A program made the position numbers and the translations under genes. The notes below the pieces were generated by a model. That model had not been told where the DNA came from and did not search any database. It worked only from the letters and a program-made list of their open reading frames with translations. Shown piece after piece: positions 10,279 through 64,000 of a stretch of 64,000 bases of DNA. The stretch spans positions 35,774,001 through 35,838,000 of the forward strand of contig OX597822.1 of NCBI GenBank assembly GCA_951406725.2. The letters run 5' to 3'. Positions within the stretch are counted from its first letter, which is position 1; each line of letters starts with the position of its first letter. Source of the DNA: Octopus vulgaris. Its lineage: Eukaryota.

Positions 10279-13233
10279 TATATATTCTTTTATTCTTTTA
10301 CTTGTTTCAGTCATTTGACTGCGGCCATGATGGAGCACCGTCTTTAGTCAAGCAAATCGACCCCAGGACTTATTCTTTGTAAGCCTGGTACTTATTCTAT
10401 CGGTAACTTTTGCCGAACCGCTAATTTACAGAGACGTATACACAACAACATCGGTTGTCAAGCAATATTGGGGGACAAACACAGACACACACACACACAC
10501 ACACACATCCACAGTGCCAAATCCACTCACAAGGCTTTGGTCAGCTCGAGGCCATAGTAGAAGATACTTACCCAAGGTGCCACGTAGTGGGACTGAACCT
10601 GGGACCATGTGGTTGGTAAGCAAGCTATTTACCACACACACACACATATATATGTATAATGGGCTTCTTCCTTTTCTGTTTACTAAATCCACTCACAATT
10701 TTTTGGTCAACCTGAGACACTTGGACAAGTTGACACAGAGTGGAAATGAACCAGGAACAATATGATTGAGAAGCAAGCTTCTGACCACACAACCACGCCT
10801 GTAATTGGAAAACTAAGTAAAATTATTATTGTAACTCTCTAAGGCGATGCTGGTAACGATCACGCTTGCTCGAATGGTGCTTTTTACATGCCACAAGCAT
10901 GGGAGCCAGTCAGCAGCCCTGGCAACGATCACGCTCAGACGGTGCTCTTAATGTTTAAGGCGGCGAGCTGGCAGAAACGTTAGCACGCCGGGCGAAATGC
11001 TTAGCGGTATTTCGTCTGCGTTACGTTGTGAGTTCAAATTCCGCCGAGGTCGACTTTGCCTTTCATCTTTTCGGGGTCGATAAATTAAGTACCAGTTACG
11101 CACTGGGGTCGATGTAATCGACTTAATACCTATGTTTGTCCTTGTTTGTCCTCTCTGTGTTTAGCCCCTTGTGGGTAATAAAGAAATAGGTGCTCTTAAT
11201 GTTCCACTAGCATGGATGCCAGTCAGGCAGTGCTGTCATCAGCCATGTTAGCGAATTTGATTTCGATTTTACTTGCCTTGGCCTTCTCCCCTCCTCCACC
11301 ATAGCCACTTGACAGATTGATCAGGTCGAGGATACAATCACGTTTCTCCTGATCTGCTTCAATCAAGAGTTCCATGCCTATTTCTGGCGTCACTTATGAA
11401 TTTCCAATATTCTGACATTTCCTGTCCGCTGCTCACACAAACGAAACAACTATCACTAGTTACCAGATATCTTTTTCTAGGGACACATTCATTGCCATCA
11501 CATTCTCTACTCATCCATACATCGTTTAGGATGGAAAAGGGAATAAAGATGAATTCCTCACTCTCAAATGGGGACAAAGTAGTTCTATGTCTTGTCTTCA
11601 GAGAGGAGATACCACGAGCTTTTCTACCCCCATACTTTTGTTATACTCTTCTCAACCTCCAACAGGTTAGACTCTCTGAGTGCCAATAAAATAGGAACCA
11701 GTTAAGCACTGGGGTCAATGTAATTGACAAATACCCTCAAATTTGCAGGCCTTGTGCCAAAATTAGATGAGATGAAGTCCTCCAAGAAGCCAATGAAAGA
11801 CTAGAGCTTTGCCTTGACAGGAAACTACTAAATCTTCTTCAGTTTATGGCACACAGTCCAGAAACAACAACAATTTCAAATTTTGGCACAAGGCCAGCAA
11901 GTTCAGGAGGTGGATAAGTATTCCAAGATATTTTTATGTAATTTTGGTAAATTTAAAATATGCCAAAATGACATATCAGTGTTATTTTCATTTTTGCGTA
12001 ATTTAGATGACAATTTATTCACCGCGCCCTGTATATATTCTTTTATTCTTTTACTTGTTTCAGTCATTTGACTGCAGCCATGCTGGAGCACCGTCTTTAG
12101 TCAAGCAAATCAACCCAGGGCTTATTCTTTGTAAGCTTGGTACTTATTTTATTGGTATCTTTTGCTGAACCACTAAGTTACGGAGACGTAAACACAACAT
12201 CAGTTGTCAAGCAATGTTGGGGGACAAACACAGACACACATATCTATATACGATGGGCTTCTTTCAGTTTTCGTCTGTCAAATCCACTCACAAGGCTTTG
12301 GTCAGCTCGAGGTTACAGTAGAAGACACTTGCCGAAGGTGCCACGAAGTCAGACTGAACCCGGGACCATGTGGTTATTAAGCAACCTACTTAACACACAC
12401 ACACAGACATATATATGATGGACTTCTTTCATTTGCCATTTACCAGCGGCCCTGGCAACGATCATGCTCGGATGGTACACTTAACATTCCAATAGCACAG
12501 ATGCCAGTCAGGCGGTGATGTCATCGACCACATCTGCGAATTTGATTTCGATTTTACTTGCCTTGGCCTTCTCCCCTCCTCCACCATAGCCACTTGATAG
12601 ATTGATCAGGTCGAGGATACAATCACGTTTCTCCTGATCTGCTTCAATCAAGAGTTCCATGCCTATTTCTGGTGTCACTTATGAATTTCCAATATTCTGA
12701 CATTTCCTGTCCGCTGCTCACACAAACGAAACAACTATCACTAGTTACCAGATATCTTTTTCTAGGGACACATTCATTGCCATCACATTCTCTACTCATC
12801 CATACATCGTTTAGGATGGAAAAGGGAATAAAGATGAATTCCTCACTCTCAAATGGGGACAAAGTGGTTCTTTGTCTTGTCTTCAGAGAGAAGATACCAC
12901 GAGTTTTTCTACCCCCATACTTTTGTTATACTCTTCTCAACCTCCAATAGGTTGGACTCTCTGAGTGCCAATAAAATAGGAACCAGTTAAGCACTGGGGT
13001 CAATGTAATTGACAAATACCCTCAAATTTGCAGGTCTTGTGCCAAAATTAGATGAGATGAAGTCCTTCAAGAAGCCAATAAAAGACTGGAGCTTTGTCTT
13101 GACAGGAAACTACTAAATCTTCTTCAGTTTATGGAGTAACAAAACTGCATGGCACACAATCCAGAAACAACAACAACAGCAATAATTTCAAATTTCAAAT
13201 TTTGGCACAAGGCCAGCAAGTTCAGGAGGTGGA
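10170..13233. repeat. Local tandem duplication (copy 1 about 10170-11914, copy 2 about 11923-13233)
   Basis: The order mariner right end / SINE B(-) / RTE 3'UTR fragment / 600-bp core / SINE tail occurs twice; near-identical ORFs at 11359-11577 and 12644-12862. Confidence 0.9.
10956..11188 (+). mobile_element. Full-length young SINE family C with 15-bp target-site duplication
   Basis: GGTGCTCTTAATGTT at 10941-10955 and 11189-11203; tRNA-like head GGCGGCGAGCTGGCAGAA...GAGTTCAAATTCCGCC. Confidence 0.93.
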
Positions 13234-13669
13234 AAAGCCAATTACATCTGGTCTTTAGATATTGTTAATAGTTCCTGCTTCAGGCTACTTTTTTAAAATT
13301 TTACTTTTGCCACCAACAAAATTCATGAGGTGATGACTCTTTCACTTCAACTACATCAAACAGTGAAATCTAGGAATTAGAAAAGTCTTAAGCTGTTGCA
13401 AGTATTTTAGCCATATCTTTGATTCAATGATAACTTCCTTCCTTCCTCCAACCACTTTTGAGGCCCTGAAGAAATAAAGGGTCCTGAAAGCTGCCCGACG
13501 CACCTTTGCTGGAGTAGTTAAAGAAAATACATTTGAAAAAAGTAAAAAATTGGTAGGATGGTCCTTGGCCCTTGCCAGAATACATTTGATTCTGGATCAG
13601 CTAGGCTCATCACCCACATGAACTAAATAACAACAACAACAAATGAAAATAGAGATCCATACATCCCAA

Positions 13670-14017
13670 AAGGAGAGCAAACAACTTTATTGAAGGACAA
13701 AATTCACAGCTGCAATTATTTTGTGTGGGAAACATAGTTTAGTTTTGCATACATACATTATATATATATATGTATATATATATACATACATACATATATA
13801 TATATGGATATATACATGTACATACTCTGAGAAACTGCTCCATTAGAACTGCTTTAATATATATATAGTACATTCTGGTAACACTGTAACAGTAGCATGA
13901 TCATTACATCAATTTTTAAATTTGATGTAAAGATCTATTAATTATTCTGTTGATGTAAAGACCTATAAATTAATTTCTAAGTTAAATGAAGATACTGAGG
14001 GCAATGGAATCAGGTTT
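13670..14017 (-). other. GPI: Putative non-coding terminal (3'UTR) exon of GPI with AATAAA at 13691-13686
   Basis: GTGAGT donor 5 nt after the stop (16037); strong TTTCTTTTTGTTTCTTTTTTTTCCAG acceptor ending at 14018; AATAAA followed by GU/U-rich sequence. Confidence 0.6.
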
Positions 14018-14603
14018 CTGGAAAAAAAAGAAACAAAAAGAAATTCACTTTTTTTAATTGATTAATTATGCAATAACAATTTAGAACATAACATTGTTTA
14101 ATACAAAAGAACACACAAATATATTATTCCAGGCACAGGTGTGGCAATGTGGTTAGAAGTTTGGTTCCTAGTCACATGGTTCTGGGCTCAGTCCTATTGT
14201 ATGACACAATGAGCAAGTATATTCTACTGTAGCCTCGAGTGATCAAAAGTCTTGAGAATAAATTTGTGGGTGGTAGATGGATAGGAGGGTGAATGGATCA
14301 ATATGTGTGTGTGTGTGTTACTGTCTCCTTGCCTTGATATTGCATGATGGTCGTAAACAAGCATCACCAGCATACAAGCAGTGTCTGTTGTTTCCAGTCT
14401 TCTGTTAAAAAAAGAAAATCGTGTCTGGCCTTGGGGAAATATTACCTTACTTGGAGACAAGTGACAGGAAGAGAATCCTGCTGTATAAAACGCACCTCAC
14501 CTAAATCCCATCCAACCCATGCAAGCATAAAAAAAGAGGAAGTTATGATGATGATGATGATGATATTATTTTAGAATTGTTATATTAACAATTGTTATAT
14601 TCA

Positions 14604-15033
14604 GCACAGGTTTGGCTGTGTGGTATGAAGCTTGCTTACTAACTACATGGTTCTAGGTTCAGTCCCACTGCATGGCACCTTGGGCAAGTGTCTTCTACTA
14701 TAGCTTCAGGCCAACTAAAGCCTTGTGAGTGGATTTGGCAGACGAAAACTAAAAGAAACCCGTCGTATATATATATATATGTGCGTGTTTGTGTGTGTGT
14801 GTATATGTTTGTGTGTCTGTGTTTGTCCCCCCACATCGCTTGACAACCAATGCTGGTGTGTTTACATCCCCCATAACATATTGGTTCAGCAAAAGAGACC
14901 AATAGAATAAGGCTTACAAAGACTATGTCCTAGGGTCGATTTCTTCGACTAAAGGCAGTGCTCCAGCATGGCTGCAGTCAAATGACTGAAACAAGTTAAA
15001 GAGTATATGTATGTATACATATATATATATATA

Positions 15034-15077
<44 letters not shown>

Positions 15078-15261
15078 TGTTTGTCCCTCCACATCGCTTG
15101 ACAACCAATGCTGGTGTGTTTACATCCCCCGTAACATATCGGTTCAGCAAAAGAGACCAATAGAATAAGGCTTACAAAGACTATGTCCTAGGGTTGATTT
15201 CTTCGACTAAAGGCAGTGCTCCAGCATGGCTGCAGTCAAATGACTGAAACAAGTTAAAGAG

Positions 15262-15292
<31 letters not shown>

Positions 15293-15550
15293 CTGTGTGT
15301 GTATTTATGTATATGTCTGTATGTCTGTGTTTGTTCCCCCATCATCACTTGACAACCGATGTTAGTGTGTTTACGTCACTGTAACTTATCGGTTCAGCAA
15401 GAGAGACTAGGCTTACAAAGAATAAGTCCTGGGGTCGATTAAATAAGTACCAGTTATGCACTGGGATCGATGTAATCAACTTATTCCTTTTGTCTGTCCT
15501 TGTTCATCCTCTCTAGATTTAACCCACTGTGGGCAATAAAGAAATAAATA
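14604..15550 (+). mobile_element. SINE B with tandemly triplicated 3' half, fused to a SINE C tail
   Basis: The 3' half repeats at about 14810-15003, 15065-15261 and 15320-15440. Confidence 0.85.
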
Positions 15551-16042
15551 AATTTGTACTCTTGTATACAAACCATGTGGTTTCAGGTTCAGCCCCACTC
15601 CACAGTACTTTGGGTAAGTGCCCTCTGCTACTGCAACAGGCAGAGCAATAACTTGTGAGTGAATTTGGTGGATGGAAACTGTGAGGAAGCCCGTCATGTG
15701 TGTCTACATATGTGTGTGTGCGTGTGTGTGTGTGTGTGCACGTGTGTGTGTGTGCATTTTTCCTCTTCACCACTCAGTGCTTGATAAGTGATGCCGATTG
15801 GTATATGTCCCCTGTAACTTAGCGATTTGACAAAAGAGACCGACAGAATACGCAACAAGCTAAAATAATAAGTACTGACTAAAACTCTCAAAGTGGTGCC
15901 CCAGCGTGGCCACGATCCAATGACTGAAACAAGTAAACGGATAAACTGAACTAAGAGGGACATAACTAACTACTGAAATGTTAAAATCCAAATCAATTAA
16001 ACAAATCAATTAGATAAATATATTGATAGCCACTCACAGGGT

Positions 16043-62277
<46,235 letters not shown>

Positions 62278-62439
62278 CTAAAACAAATAGAAAACATATT
62301 TTCATCAGTAATCTCAGAAACTGAGGAACACATAATTGATAACTAAAAACTGGAAAGAAATATTTGTGAAAATACATGAGAAAAATGTGTAGTCGGTAAC
62401 TTTGTTTTTGTTCAATGCTTTCTACACGTGCTCTGAAGA

Positions 62440-62770
62440 AGGCCCACCTGGCTGACTTTGAAATTATCAGATGTTAGGAAGCTTGTTACAGGAACTCCAG
62501 GCTTCTCCCTTGAATGTTAGGTAGTCTTTCTTACTGTCAGCAACATAGGATCCAAAGTACTCGAAGACATTTATTGCTTTGAGTTGTGAGCTCAAGGCCA
62601 AAGAGGAGACTTTCCATCTCCACAACTTATGATCAATGCAGGGTAGATTTTGAAGGCCATTACCATACTGTTGTGATGCTGAACAATAGATATCATATCT
62701 CAGAGACTTCAGTTCCCTAATAGGGGGCAAACTACACTTGATGTCATTGGCAGAGACACACAACATGAAA
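62440..62770 (-). mobile_element. Decayed non-LTR retrotransposon reverse-transcriptase remnant (RTE-like)
   Basis: LKAINVFEYFGSYVADSKKDYLTFKGEAWSSCNKL resembles the FKYLGS...AW region of LINE reverse transcriptases. Confidence 0.68.
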
Positions 62771-63597
62771 TTGTAGGCCTCATCATCATCATTTAATGTC
62801 CGTTTTCCTTGCTAGCATGGGTTGGACAGTTCGACCAGGGTCTGGGAAGCCAGGAGGCTGTACCAGGCCCCTGTCTGATCTGTGAGTGTAGTTGGTGCTT
62901 TTTACGTGCCAGGCGAGGCTAGCAACGGCCACAATCGGTTGGTGCTTTTTACGTGCCACTGGCATGGAGGCCAGCCAGGGCGGCGCTGGCAACGGCCACG
63001 TTCGGATGGTTCTTTTATGTGCCCCCGGCACTGGTATCACAACTATAATATAAGGAGTGCAGAGATTGCTAGCACACCATGATGAAACACATCTCAGTTG
63101 CAGCCCCTCAAGGAGGTCTACACAATATCAAGCAGTTAAAATTTTCACTTTTATTTAAACATTATCATGTGTCTTTTTCTGTCCTTGGTCATATTGTATA
63201 GACATATTGTGTTCATTCATCACAACACAGTGTTGGTTAATGAATCTATAGAAATACTCTACAGTACAATTTAGCAATTATTATATATAATCTGAGCTGA
63301 ATGATTTTATAAGTTCAGCAGCTGACATGAAGAGTTAAAGCAAATTTCAAAAAGCTAAATACATTTCCTTATATCAACCACCCATCTATGAAGTAGATAC
63401 AATAGGCTAAGAGCAACTATTATACTAAAAAGGAATTTTTTTTTTAAGGGAATGGCTTTTCAAAGCTTAATGTGTTTCAGTAGGATTATTTCAGTTACCA
63501 TAGAAACATTCAGATATCAGATATTTGCAAATACTGCAAGGAGTATGGTATAAACAAAAACTAAAATTCAGTCTTGGGTGATGTAACAGTATTAATT

Positions 63598-63635
<38 letters not shown>

Positions 63636-64000
63636 AAATAATAATATGGGTTACAAATTTTGGTACAAAGCCTGTAATTTCAAGGAAAGCAGGGTGAGGT
63701 GGGGTGCCAATCAATTCCATCAAATTTATTACTAGAGTGGTACTTTATTTTATCGATTCTAAAGGGAGGAAAGGCAAATTTGAAATTAGAACATTAAAAT
63801 GCCATTAAGCATTTTTAACATAGGCACAAGGCTATGCATTTGCAATGAACCAATTACATCAACTGAAATACTTCACTGACATACTTCATGTAAAGTAAAA
63901 TTAACTTCAAGCTTCTTAACTACATGGCTTCGCCTGACTCAATTAGTGTGTGTGCATGAAATTTATCTTATACTTGTTTCAGTCATTAGAGTGCAGCCAT

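Noticed and set aside
11359-12950. Duplicated 72-aa and 92-97-aa ORFs
   Set aside because: They arise from the tandem duplication; no splice context or recognisable protein, possibly a decayed LINE endonuclease remnant.
62278-64000. Search for GPI exon 1 and promoter
   Set aside because: No ATG-initiated segment resembling the GPI N-terminus with a phase-2 donor was found; it is presumably beyond the window.

Overview
Eukaryotic, AT-rich and repeat-dense DNA. Its SINE, RTE and microsatellite content is what I recognise from octopus (coleoid cephalopod) genomes; the organism call is an inference. The only host protein-coding gene I can support is glucose-6-phosphate isomerase (GPI) on the minus strand. 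Sixteen coding exons (62277 down to the stop at 16043) splice in frame with GT..AG boundaries. The first coding exon lies beyond the right edge, and a probable non-coding 3'UTR exon sits at about 13670-14017. The rest is mostly tRNA-derived SINEs, RTE/CR1 LINE remnants, a decayed DD37D-type Tc1/mariner, MITEs, a Helitron-like insert, Penelope-like elements and simple repeats. Nearly all long ORFs in the supplied track are microsatellite artefacts. The best leads are: three Penelope-associated hammerhead ribozyme motifs (one with an intact core at 647-737); several long intronic inverted repeats that would form dsRNA in the GPI pre-mRNA; a non-repeat, miRNA-like hairpin at 52140-52260 just downstream of an orphan splice donor/acceptor pair in the 18.8-kb intron; an intron starting 5 nt after the GPI stop codon; a tandem duplication with uneven divergence; and a CpG-depletion gradient that tracks the gene body.
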